64,000 nt of DNA from an uncultured cyanobacterium (GCA_963749915.1 CAVVOP010000008.1:320001-384000), one strand, 5' to 3'. Positions 44,908 to 53,554 are shown, counted from the stretch's first letter. Numbers and translations are program-made. Notes: generated by a model not told the origin, from the sequence alone.

Positions 44908-46089
44908 ATGCCAGAGAATAAACAGCCAGGAAAATACGATGCGGTAATAAAAAGAGTACCTCAAGCTCCTATGTATGGGGCGGTTATAGGAGGAATACAA
45001 GGGGTTAAACGAAGGTTTGAGTCGGCAAAGGATGTAAATTTAAAAGCAGAAATCCTGCAAGAAGCCTTACAGTACGAAAATCAAGGAATAGAGTTTATCT
45101 TACAGGTAGTTCAAGCTACTAATGAACAAGAAATCTTAGCGGTAGCCTATGATTTACTAAAGGAGAAACAAGAGTCAACAATTCAGAATGTATTATTAAC
45201 TCTGAAAAGAAAACATCCTTGGTTAGATTTACCTCAGTTTAGTTTCGACACAGTGAAGGTAAACCGTAAAGGAGAAATCATTAAACGAGAACAAAAAACC
45301 GCCCGTTACTACCGAGAAGATTTAGGAAAGGGTATTAATCTGGATATGGTTTATATTCAAGGTGGTACATTTATGATGGGAAGTCCAGACGGAGAAGGCA
45401 ATGACAGTGATGAAAAACCGCAACATCAGGTGACAGTATCATCATTTTTTATGGCTAAATATCCCGTAACTCAAGCCCAGTGGAAAGCCGTAGCATCATT
45501 ACCTAAAATTGAGAGAGACTTAAAATTAGATCCTTCTCGGTTTAAAGGAGATAATCGCCCTGTAGAAAAAGTTAACCGGTATGATGCCGTAGAATTCTGT
45601 CACCGTTTATCAAAACTAACAGGGAGAGAATACACCCTACCCAGTGAAGCTAAGTGGGAATATAGTTGTCGGGCGGGAACAACCACAACCTTTAACTGTG
45701 GTGAAACCATTACCACTGATTTAGCCAACTATAACGGTACAGATGAATATTACGGCAGTTATGCTGATGAACCGAAAGGGCAGTATAGGCAAGGAACAAC
45801 CTCTGTAGGCTCATTTCCTGCTAATGATTGGGGATTATCGGATATGCACGGCAACGTTTGGGAATGGTGTGCAGATGAATGGCATGGTAATTATAACAAT
45901 GCCCCTACAGATGGTAATGTGTGGACTGGGGGAGAAAGTAATCGTTGTGTAATGCGTGGTGGTTCATGGTTCTACAGCCCGAATAACTGCCGTTGTGCTA
46001 ACCGTCTCAACGACAACCGTGATTGCGACTACTACTGCAACAACGGCAACGGTTTTCGTGTTATGTCTATTTTCGGGAGGACTTCATAG
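44908..46089 (+). CDS. FGE-sulfatase/C-type-lectin-fold protein, DGR target 1
   Basis: MVYIQGGTFMMGS, EKPQH.V, YPVTQAQW, LPSEAKWEYSCRAGT, DMHGNVWEWC, RGGSW...R......NGFRV; AAC/NNC-rich variable 3' end; followed by avd. Confidence 0.9.
   Translation: MPENKQPGKYDAVIKRVPQAPMYGAVIGGIQGVKRRFESAKDVNLKAEILQEALQYENQGIEFILQVVQATNEQEILAVAYDLLKEKQESTIQNVLLTLKRKHPWLDLPQFSFDTVKVNRKGEIIKREQKTARYYREDLGKGINLDMVYIQGGTFMMGSPDGEGNDSDEKPQHQVTVSSFFMAKYPVTQAQWKAVASLPKIERDLKLDPSRFKGDNRPVEKVNRYDAVEFCHRLSKLTGREYTLPSEAKWEYSCRAGTTTTFNCGETITTDLANYNGTDEYYGSYADEPKGQYRQGTTSVGSFPANDWGLSDMHGNVWEWCADEWHGNYNNAPTDGNVWTGGESNRCVMRGGSWFYSPNNCRCANRLNDNRDCDYYCNNGNGFRVMSIFGRTS
45949..46089 (+). repeat. DGR variable region VR1 with IMH-like 3' end
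   Basis: differs from VR2 almost only at codon positions 1-2 of NNC/NNT codons; 3' GGTTTTCGTGTTATGTCTATTTTCGGGAGGACTTCATAG is identical in both. Confidence 0.8.
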
Positions 46090-46185
46090 CCCTTTGTTCT
46101 TTGTCCCTCTTGCCCTTTGTCTTGTATTTCTTTCTTTCTTTCTTTCTTTCTTTCTGTATTTTTTGTAGTTAGTCATGAGAATTTT

Positions 46186-46497
46186 ATGAAAGAATTATCC
46201 GTAATTCAAAAGACCTATGATTTGATAAAATGGTATGTACCAATAATTGAGAGACTACCAAAAACCCATAAGTTTACTATCGGAGATCGAATCATTAATA
46301 ATTTGTACGATTTATTAGAAGAATTAATTAAAGCAAAATATGCCCAAGAAAAACTAACTAGGTTGGAATCCTTAAATAATGTTTTAGACATATTACGGTA
46401 TCAAACAAGATTATTACTGGATTTTGAATTAATCTCTTTAAAACGTTATGAGTATGTTTGTCAACTGTTTCAAGAAATAGGCATAGAAATTGAATAA
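46186..46497 (+). CDS. avd: DGR accessory variability determinant Avd, apparently C-terminally truncated
   Basis: MKELSVIQKTYDLIKWYVP...LPK.HKFTIGDRI...LY.LLE.LI.AKY, LDILRYQTRLL; ends EIGIEIE* without the usual GGW.K end; start placed at ATG 46186. Confidence 0.85.
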   Translation: MKELSVIQKTYDLIKWYVPIIERLPKTHKFTIGDRIINNLYDLLEELIKAKYAQEKLTRLESLNNVLDILRYQTRLLLDFELISLKRYEYVCQLFQEIGIEIE

Positions 46498-46568
46498 ATA
46501 AATGACTAAAATATGGTCACTACAAAATATAATATTGATGAGAGCAAAAGTAAATAGTAATTAAAACT

Positions 46569-48221
46569 ATGGCAGAAAATGGGAAGCAACCGGGAAAATA
46601 TGATGCCGTTATCACCAATAACCCCCACCAGAAATTAATCGAATCCTTAGATTTAAAATTACGCGCTCGTTATCCCTTACTCTACATCGTTGCCGTAGAA
46701 GAAGAACCAGTGGAACAAATTTTAGCCCAAGTAGCCTATCAATCGCAACCCCAACGAGAATTATTAATGTGGGATATTGTCAACGGTTGGAATGATAACA
46801 GTAAAGACAAAAACGCTGTTATGGGGGCATTGATGCGTATTAGTCAAACTGACGGCAATAAACCCTGTATATTTGTCCTCAAAGATTTAAACTTTATCCT
46901 CAAACAACCTGATAGTGCCAGTAACGCTCCCGTCATCAGGGCTTTAAAGAATTTAGGCAAAGAGCTTAAATATCGCCGTCAAACCTTGATTATAACTGGT
47001 CATACTGCGGTTGTACCTACGGACTTATCGGAAGAAATCACCGTCATTGACTTTCCCCTTCCTGAGATGACCGAAATAGATTACTTAATTAGAGAGTTAG
47101 TAGTACCAGAAAAACTGAACCTCAGTGGTTTAGGCAAAGAGCAATTAGTGAAAGCCTGTCTAGGATTGAGTCGTACCCGTATCCGTAGGGTTTTAGCTTC
47201 CGCCCTCGCCGCTAAACAGGAGGTAAATGAGGGTGATATTGACATTGTTTTAGAAGAGAAAAAACAAGCCATCCGTCAAACGGGTATCCTTGAGTTTTAT
47301 TCCTCCCATGAATCCTTGAAAAGTGTCGGCGGTTTGGATAGACTCAAACAGTGGTTACAAATCAAAAAGGATAGTTTTACCGAAAAAGCCCGTAAATATG
47401 GCATTCCTAACCCGAAAGGCTTATTTTTAGTCGGTATTCAAGGTACAGGAAAATCTTTATCGGCTAAAACCATCGCTAATGAATGGCGTTTACCCATGCT
47501 ACGGTTAGATACAGGACGATTATTTGGGGGCATTGTCGGCGAAAGTGAAAGTAAAACCCGTCAAATGATTCAATTAGCAGAAGCCATTTCACCCTGCGTA
47601 TTGTGGATGGATGAGATTGATAAAGCCTTTGGTAACATTTCAGGGGGCGGTGACGGAGATTCAGGCACATCTCGCCGTGTTTTTGGTACTTTAATTACTT
47701 GGATGCAGGAAAAAACTAGCCCTGTTTTCATCGTTGCCACCGCGAATAATGTGGAGATTTTACCCGCCGAATTACTGAGAAAAGGACGTTTTGACGAGAT
47801 ATTTTTCATTAACTTACCTAACCATCGAGAGCGCATGGAAATCTTTAAAGTTCATTTACAACGGTTACGCCCTCAACGACTCAGGGATTTTGACTTAAAA
47901 GAATTAGCTACTGCCACAGAAGAATTTAGTGGTGCAGAAATTGAGCAAGTTATTATTGATGCCATGAGTTTCGCCTTTGCCGATGAAAGTGCAGAAGCAA
48001 GGGATTTTACTAATACAGATATATTAACCGCCTGTGGTGATACCGTACCATTGGCAAGGGTAGCCACCAAACAGATTGAAGAGTTAAAACAATGGGCAGT
48101 GAAAACAGGTGCTAAAACTGCTTCTAAGGATATTGAATTAGAAAAGGAATTAGAAACTTATCGCCAACAAAAGGGCATTCGCCAGAGTCAATATCTCGAT
48201 GTAGATCCTCCCCAAAGTTAA
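46569..48221 (+). CDS. Ycf46-like AAA+ ATPase with N-terminal KQPGKYDAVI leader
   Basis: degenerate N-terminal ATPase domain (IFVLKD), Walker A GIQGTGKS, Walker B LWMDEIDK, VATAN, LLRKGRFDE. Confidence 0.9.
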   Translation: MAENGKQPGKYDAVITNNPHQKLIESLDLKLRARYPLLYIVAVEEEPVEQILAQVAYQSQPQRELLMWDIVNGWNDNSKDKNAVMGALMRISQTDGNKPCIFVLKDLNFILKQPDSASNAPVIRALKNLGKELKYRRQTLIITGHTAVVPTDLSEEITVIDFPLPEMTEIDYLIRELVVPEKLNLSGLGKEQLVKACLGLSRTRIRRVLASALAAKQEVNEGDIDIVLEEKKQAIRQTGILEFYSSHESLKSVGGLDRLKQWLQIKKDSFTEKARKYGIPNPKGLFLVGIQGTGKSLSAKTIANEWRLPMLRLDTGRLFGGIVGESESKTRQMIQLAEAISPCVLWMDEIDKAFGNISGGGDGDSGTSRRVFGTLITWMQEKTSPVFIVATANNVEILPAELLRKGRFDEIFFINLPNHRERMEIFKVHLQRLRPQRLRDFDLKELATATEEFSGAEIEQVIIDAMSFAFADESAEARDFTNTDILTACGDTVPLARVATKQIEELKQWAVKTGAKTASKDIELEKELETYRQQKGIRQSQYLDVDPPQS

Positions 48222-48278
48222 AGTGCTAAAATTGAATTATCGTAGAGATTTCCTTTACATGCAAATAAATATTTTAGT

Positions 48279-48767
48279 TTATTCTCCCGCTTGTTCAATG
48301 GCACAATCTATAAGATTTTGACTTAAATAAATATGAGACTTTTTCATGTTATCGATACAGTTACGGATAGAAATATTATATCCTTTCTGTTTGGCTTTCA
48401 GAAGTATGCCGAGGCAACCCGTAAGAGAAAGTCCATTGAGTCTTGCTATTCTTCTGCCTATGGCTTCATCAATGCAAACTGTCGTAATTTTTTTATCTAA
48501 GGCGAGTTGAATTACGGAAGCCTCTCCCAAATCTAAGGAATTTAGTAAAAAGGGTGAAATCTGGAGAGGTGATGATTGTTTTTGTAAGTAAGTATCGCTA
48601 TTAAATGCAGAAATAGCAAAACCAATTTTACCCCCAGCTAATATTTCTTGACAGACTTCATAGGGTACTAAAACTTGTTTGTAAAGATAGCTCAAAATTT
48701 TTAAATCCCCCAATGCGGAAACTAAAGCTATTATGGGGGAAGTATTGATAACAATAGTGTTAGGCAT
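48279..48767 (-). CDS. PIN-domain toxin (DUF3368-like)
   Basis: IVINTSPIIAL, V.VP.EV..EI, LDLGEASVI.LA, IDE..GR..A...GL...G.LGIL. Confidence 0.85.
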   Translation of the reverse strand: MPNTIVINTSPIIALVSALGDLKILSYLYKQVLVPYEVCQEILAGGKIGFAISAFNSDTYLQKQSSPLQISPFLLNSLDLGEASVIQLALDKKITTVCIDEAIGRRIARLNGLSLTGCLGILLKAKQKGYNISIRNCIDNMKKSHIYLSQNLIDCAIEQAGE

Positions 48768-49011
48768 TGGCTAAGTCTGATAATAATTCTTCTGGGGTTA
48801 AGTCAATCATTGATACACCATAATCAGCTAGTTTGAGTAAAAATGTTACTCTATCAACTCCTAATAATATTCCCGCCATTCCTGATGAAATTCGTTTCAT
48901 TTCAAATAGTTTTACTACCATTGCCCATTTTGCTTCTTGTTCAAATTCTTGAGGTGTTTGATTTAAAGCGTCGGGAAAAGTTGACGGATATTCGATAGTT
49001 ATTTGTGCCAT
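48760..49011 (-). CDS. UPF0175-family antitoxin
   Basis: VKLFEMKRISSGMAG.LLGVDRVTFL..L; overlaps the PIN toxin start. Confidence 0.85.
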   Translation of the reverse strand: MAQITIEYPSTFPDALNQTPQEFEQEAKWAMVVKLFEMKRISSGMAGILLGVDRVTFLLKLADYGVSMIDLTPEELLSDLANA

Positions 49012-49069
49012 CTGTCTTTAAATTTGATGTTTTTCACTCTATTTTACTCCCCTCACATCAATTTTACCT

Positions 49070-49292
49070 ATCGGCGGTAACAGACTTTTATAACGCATTG
49101 GGGCAATTTTTAAGTTATCGGTTGGTTTTAAGCCAAATTGAACCAAATAGAGCCTTATATTTAGCTATTCCTTTAGATACATATTTAGAGCTATTTGAAT
49201 CGGATTTTGGAGAATTGGTGATGAAAGAATATGAATTAAAATTAATTATCTATAATTCTAATAATGGAGATTTAACTCAATGGATAAATTAA
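49070..49292 (+). pseudogene. xisH: XisH C-terminal half
   Basis: SAVTDFYNALGQFLSYRLVL...EPNR.LYLAIP...Y...F...QWIN; N-terminal half missing; overlaps xisI start. Confidence 0.8.
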
Positions 49293-49615
49293 GCTTTTAT
49301 CGAGAAGCTATTAAGAGATTATTAATCGAATATACCGCATCGGAAAAATATGATGATGATTGCGAATCTCAATTAATTTTTGATGAAAAACAAGACCATT
49401 ATTTATGGTTAGAATTAGGTTGGGATGACTATAAAAGAATTTATTATACTGTAATTCACTTTGATATTAAAGATGGTAAGATATGGTTACAGCAAAATGC
49501 CACTGACTTAAACCCTGCGGAGGATTTAATTGAATTAGGAGTCAACCGAGAGGATATTATTTTAGGTTTACAACCCCCTTATAAACGCCCCTATACTAAT
49601 TATGGAGTGGCTTAA
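49280..49615 (+). CDS. xisI: XisI family protein
   Basis: MDKL..YR..I, QLIFD...DHY, GW, IHFDIKDGKIWLQ.N.T, DIILG.QPP..R.YT.YGVA. Confidence 0.9.
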   Translation: MDKLSFYREAIKRLLIEYTASEKYDDDCESQLIFDEKQDHYLWLELGWDDYKRIYYTVIHFDIKDGKIWLQQNATDLNPAEDLIELGVNREDIILGLQPPYKRPYTNYGVA

Positions 49616-49648
49616 CCATTCATTACTAAATTATTTATCGGATCAACT

Positions 49649-50022
49649 ATGTCACATTTTACTACTATCAAAGTTCAAATCAAAAACGGCGAGATTTTAC
49701 ATAAAACCTTACAAGAGTTGGGTTATACCGTCGAAACTAATACCAACGTCAGAGGCTATCAAGGCATAAAAACCGAAGCTGAATATGTCATTCGTCAAAA
49801 TAATGGTTATGATTTAGGCTTCCGCCGTCAAGGGGATAATTATGAGTTAGTGGCGGACTTTTGGGGTGCTAAAATTGACCAGACTAATTTATTAATGACA
49901 TCTCTCAGAAATATGCTCATTATACTTTGATGGAAGAGGTGGAAAAGCAAGGTTTTAATATCGAAGAAGAGCAAACTTTGGAAGACGGCACTTTGCGGTT
50001 AGTCGTAGGTAGATGGGTTTAA
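49649..50022 (+). pseudogene. DUF1257 (Ycf35-like) protein, frameshifted
   Basis: MSHFTTIKVQI...YDLGF...YELVADFW; adding one T near 49888-49890 restores FINDISQKYAH...GF.IEEEQTLEDGTLRLVVGRWV*. Confidence 0.8.
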
Positions 50023-50245
50023 CTCAGTTGGAAATAAAGTTATTGATGGAGATAAGTAACAAAAGTAATAAGTAATAAGTAATGGGTAATGAGTCTTTCA
50101 ACTTGTCCTCGGTGTCTCGTCTTCACCATTTTTCTTCTATCGAACTGAGCTAACCGAGCAGTATTGGGAGATGTCTAATATAATTTATTCTAAATTCGAG
50201 AATGTTGTCTTTAGTTATAAGTATCTTTACAATCTTCTTCGCATA

Positions 50246-50277
50246 AAGCCCATCGCCTTTAGGCATGGGAATGTCAA
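50246..50277 (+). mobile_element. IS200/IS605-family end hairpin remnant
   Basis: AAGCCCATCGCCTTTAGGCATGGGAATGTCAA: imperfect hairpin ending in TCAA, typical of IS605-group right ends. Confidence 0.6.
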
Positions 50278-50330
50278 GCCTAATTGTGATATGATCTTGG
50301 TTTAGGACTTAATTAAAAGATAATTTTTGT

Positions 50331-50562
50331 ATGTCGGCAAAAGATAAGTTTCACCAAGCCGTAAAAAATGCTTTAATCAAGGAACAATGGAAAATTACCC
50401 ATGATCCTTTATTATTGACTTTGACAATGCCCGATTCAAATTGATTTAGGGGCAGAGTCTTTGATAGCGGCGGAGAAATCTTCTCGTAAAATTGCCGTTG
50501 AAGTCAAAAGTTTCCTTGGTAATTCAACTGTCTATGAGTTTCATTTAGCCGTAGGGCAATAA
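50331..50562 (+). pseudogene. xisH: XisH N-terminal half, frameshifted
   Basis: MSAKDKFHQAVKNALIKEQWKITHDPL / QIDLGAESLIAAEK...KIAVEVKSFL....VYEFHLAVGQ* across two -1 shifts. Confidence 0.85.
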
Positions 50563-50618
50563 AAAACCATAGATTATAATATAATTCTAAATTAAAAATA
50601 AATGAAACACTAACGCCC

Positions 50619-51737
50619 ATGCCAGAGAATAAACAGCCAGAGAAATACGATGCGGTGATAAAAAGAGTACCTCAAGCTCCTATGTATGGGGCGGTTATAG
50701 GTGGAATACAAGGGGTTAAACGAAGTTTTGAGTCGGCACAGGATGTTAATTTAAAAGCAGAAATCCTCCGAGAAGCGTTACAGTACGAAAATCAAGGAAT
50801 CGAGTTTATTCTACAAGTATTAGAATCACAGGATTTTGAGTTACAGTGGAAAGCCTATGAGATACTAAAGAATAGACCTGAAACTCAAATCAAGGCAAAA
50901 TTCGATAATTGTTTGCCTGTCTTCAGTTTCGACACAGTGAAGGTAAACCGTAAAGGAGAAGTAATTAAACGAGAACAAAAAACCGCCCGTTACTACCGAG
51001 AAGATTTAGGAAAGGGTATTAATCTGGATATGGTTTATATTCAAGGTGGTACATTTATGATGGGAAGTCCACACGGAGAAGGTTATAGTGATGAAAAACC
51101 GCAACATCGGGTGACAGTACCATCATTCTTTATGGCTAAATACCCCGTCACTCAAGCCCAGTGGAAAGCCGTAGCATCTGAGAGAAACTTAGAATTAAAT
51201 CCTTCTGAGTTTAAAGGAGATAATCGCCCTGTGGAAATGGTTAACTGGTATGATGCGGTAGAATTCTGTCACCGTTTATCAAAACTAACAGGGAGAGAAT
51301 ACACCCTACCCAGTGAAGCCAAGTGGGAATATAGTTGTCGGGCGGGAACAACCACAGCCTTTAACTGTGGTGAAACCATTACCACTGATTTAGCCAACTA
51401 TGACGGTACAGATGAATATTACGGCAGTTATGCTGATGAACCGAAAGGGGAGTATAGGGAAGGAACAACCCCTGTAGGGTCATTTCCTGCTAATGATTGG
51501 GGATTATATGATATGCACGGTAACGTCTGGGAATGGTGTGCAGATGAATGGCATGAAGATTATAACAATGCCCCTACAGATGGTAATGTGTGGACTGGAG
51601 GAGAAAGTAATTGTAGTGTAATGCGTGGTGGTTCATGGCACGACGGGCCGAGTGGCTGCCGTTGTGCTAGCCGTCTCAGCTACGACCCCTACAACTACGG
51701 TTTTCGTGTTATGTCTATTTTCGGGAGGACTTCATAG
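50619..51737 (+). CDS. FGE-sulfatase/C-type-lectin-fold protein, DGR target 2
   Basis: near-identical paralogue of 44908-46089 with a different linker and a different variable 3' end. Confidence 0.9.
   Translation: MPENKQPEKYDAVIKRVPQAPMYGAVIGGIQGVKRSFESAQDVNLKAEILREALQYENQGIEFILQVLESQDFELQWKAYEILKNRPETQIKAKFDNCLPVFSFDTVKVNRKGEVIKREQKTARYYREDLGKGINLDMVYIQGGTFMMGSPHGEGYSDEKPQHRVTVPSFFMAKYPVTQAQWKAVASERNLELNPSEFKGDNRPVEMVNWYDAVEFCHRLSKLTGREYTLPSEAKWEYSCRAGTTTAFNCGETITTDLANYDGTDEYYGSYADEPKGEYREGTTPVGSFPANDWGLYDMHGNVWEWCADEWHEDYNNAPTDGNVWTGGESNCSVMRGGSWHDGPSGCRCASRLSYDPYNYGFRVMSIFGRTS
51618..51737 (+). repeat. DGR variable region VR2
   Basis: aligns to VR1 with codon-position-1/2 substitutions; 21 nt shorter. 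Confidence 0.78.
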
Positions 51738-51814
51738 CCCTTTGTGCTTTGTCCCTCTTGCCCAATGTCTTGTATTTCTTTCTTTCTATCTTGTATTTTT
51801 TGTAGTTAGGGTTT

Positions 51815-51940
51815 GCCCCCTAAATCCCCCAATTCTGGGGGAAAGAACAATTGAACTCCCTCATATTTGGGGACTGGGGGGCTTATCCGAACAGTATTGG
51901 GAAAAATCCCCCTTACCAAGGGGGATTTAGGGGGATCAAA
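51815..51940. repeat. REP-like palindromic repeats
   Basis: CCCCCTAAATCCCCCAATTCTGGGGG and ATCCCCCTTACCAAGGGGGATTTAGGGGGAT; related sequence near 43368-43420. Confidence 0.7.
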
Positions 51941-52081
51941 GACTTTGAAAACAGGTTCTTAGGGTTTGAATTAGACAAATAATACTTATTAAATATGGTT
52001 TAGTAAATCAATTGTGATACAGTTTAAGTCAATTTTATTTCTTTTACTCTTAATTCTTTACTCTATCTTCATCAGTGAAAT

Positions 52082-53023
52082 CTATGATTGGTGCAAGATT
52101 TGAGTATGAGAATTTAACCAGTTAATTAAATCATCGAGACATTGAAAATCAAAAATAGCATCCCCTAAATCTTCAATTTGGCATAAGGATAAATCATTAA
52201 TTTGCCTTTCCAACTCAGGAGAAAACTCCCCGAAACGTTTTTTAATTTGACGCTTAACGAGATTTTGTTCACCTTGGTGTAACCCACGCTGTAAGCCGAT
52301 TTCAATGCCTTCTTCCATCCAACTGGTGACAATTTTCATAATTTGTTCTTCCTCTGCTAATCCTATTTGTTTTAATTCGGTTTCAAATTCTTGGGTTTCC
52401 GTTAGATTTAATTTTAAATAAGTATCCACAAATCCTGAAATTAACTCTATTCTAGCGGGATCTAAACTTAAAGTAGCTAACATTCTCAGACATTCTAATT
52501 TTACCTTAGCTCTTTCCTCTGATTTAAAGTCCATTTTTGCCATTAAAGCGGCGGCGATAGGATTGGGTTGATTTAAAAATTGTCGCCAATTAAGTCGATT
52601 TAACTGGATAGTCGTGTAGTTAAATTCGAGGATTTTTTTATCAGGAAATGTAACTAAATATTAATTTGTTTCCTCTCGTTTTGGCTTATCATAGGAAAAG
52701 ATAACTACAGGATAAATTGGTAAACGATATTTAGCATCTAAACGAGCAAAATAATGAAACATTCGCCGTTCAAATTCGCTCTGATTATAGGCTTGATTTT
52801 CAATATGGATGAGGAAAAAACGGTTTTCTTCTTGCCATTTTACTTGGGCGAGTAAGTCGATTTTTCGTTTATCTCCTGCGGTTACATCGATAAAAACTTC
52901 TTCAGGTAAAAAAGTTAAACTATCTTTTGATATATATTGTAAAATATCGGGAATAAATAATTCAATAAATTCCCAGAAAAATGTCTGGATTAATTCTTTA
53001 AAAAGACGGTCATGATCTATCAT
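52082..53023 (-). pseudogene. Rpn/YhgA-like (DUF4351 C-terminus) putative nuclease split by an in-frame TAA
   Basis: DHDRLFKELI.TFF.EF, IDLL, LIHIENQ; the same frame continues after TAA 52661-52663 (YLVTFPDKKILEFNY...NPIAAALMAKM) to a DUF4351-like end. Confidence 0.85.
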
Positions 53024-53126
53024 ATTTGTTCATAACTTATAGGTTGATGATTTTTAGTAATAATAATATCTTTCCCTTTAAAAGAAGTATAATTAAAAAT
53101 GTATAAAATCAAAAACAAAGTCACCC

Positions 53127-53339
53127 ATGGCTGAATATCAACGAATAGAGTACCAAATCGGCAAAGACGGTAAAATCACAGAAAGGGTAATTGATGCCAG
53201 TGGTAATAGTTGTCTGCAACCTACCCAAGCATTAGAAGAAGCATTAGGAGAAATAGAATCAAGGGAATTACTCCCTGAATATTACGAAGGAGAAGAAAAC
53301 TTAACCACCGATAATATTCAACGATCGAAATCATTGTAA
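53127..53339 (+). CDS. DUF2997-family protein
   Basis: IEY.IGKDGKITE.V..ASG.SC...T..LEEALG.I..RE..PEYY; usual partner of DUF1257 and Ycf46-like ATPase. Confidence 0.8.
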   Translation: MAEYQRIEYQIGKDGKITERVIDASGNSCLQPTQALEEALGEIESRELLPEYYEGEENLTTDNIQRSKSL

Positions 53340-53403
53340 GCTAGTTCACATCTCAATACTGCTTGGTTAGTCGCTCAAGTTATTTTGTCCGCCCCCTAAA
53401 TCC

Positions 53404-53510
53404 CTGACAAGGGTAGGTTTTTTACATTTGGGTTGAGACAAGACAAGGAAGGAACGAAGGACAGCAGACAAGGGAGATAGTAGAAACGAAAAATGGTCTT
53501 TTTAGCCATT
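53404..53510 (+). mobile_element. isolated IS end (same TIR as 8038)
   Basis: CTGACAAGGGTAGGTTTTTTACA is identical to 8038-8060 and is followed by GACAAGG repeats. Confidence 0.75.
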
Positions 53511-53554
53511 TATGTATTATTTGTAACAAAATGTTTCTTAAACGATTCCCCTCT

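Noticed and set aside
45949..46089. VR1 acting as the template repeat for VR2
   Set aside because: Several differences occur at non-A bases of VR1 (ttc/cac, tac/gac, gac/tac), so both must derive from a third sequence.
44908..46089. Catalytic formylglycine-generating enzyme
   Set aside because: The region after RGGSW is hypervariable and lacks the conserved FGE cysteine pair, and there is no sulfatase nearby. A binding CLec fold fits better.
45956..46168. Alternative-frame ORFs over the VRs (also 51625-51930)
   Set aside because: These are by-products of NNC-rich codons and A-poor, stop-free downstream tracts.
46117..46185. N-terminal hydrophobic extension of Avd in the ORF track
   Set aside because: It is a translation of the (TTTC)n tract. 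The Avd-like sequence begins at ATG 46186.
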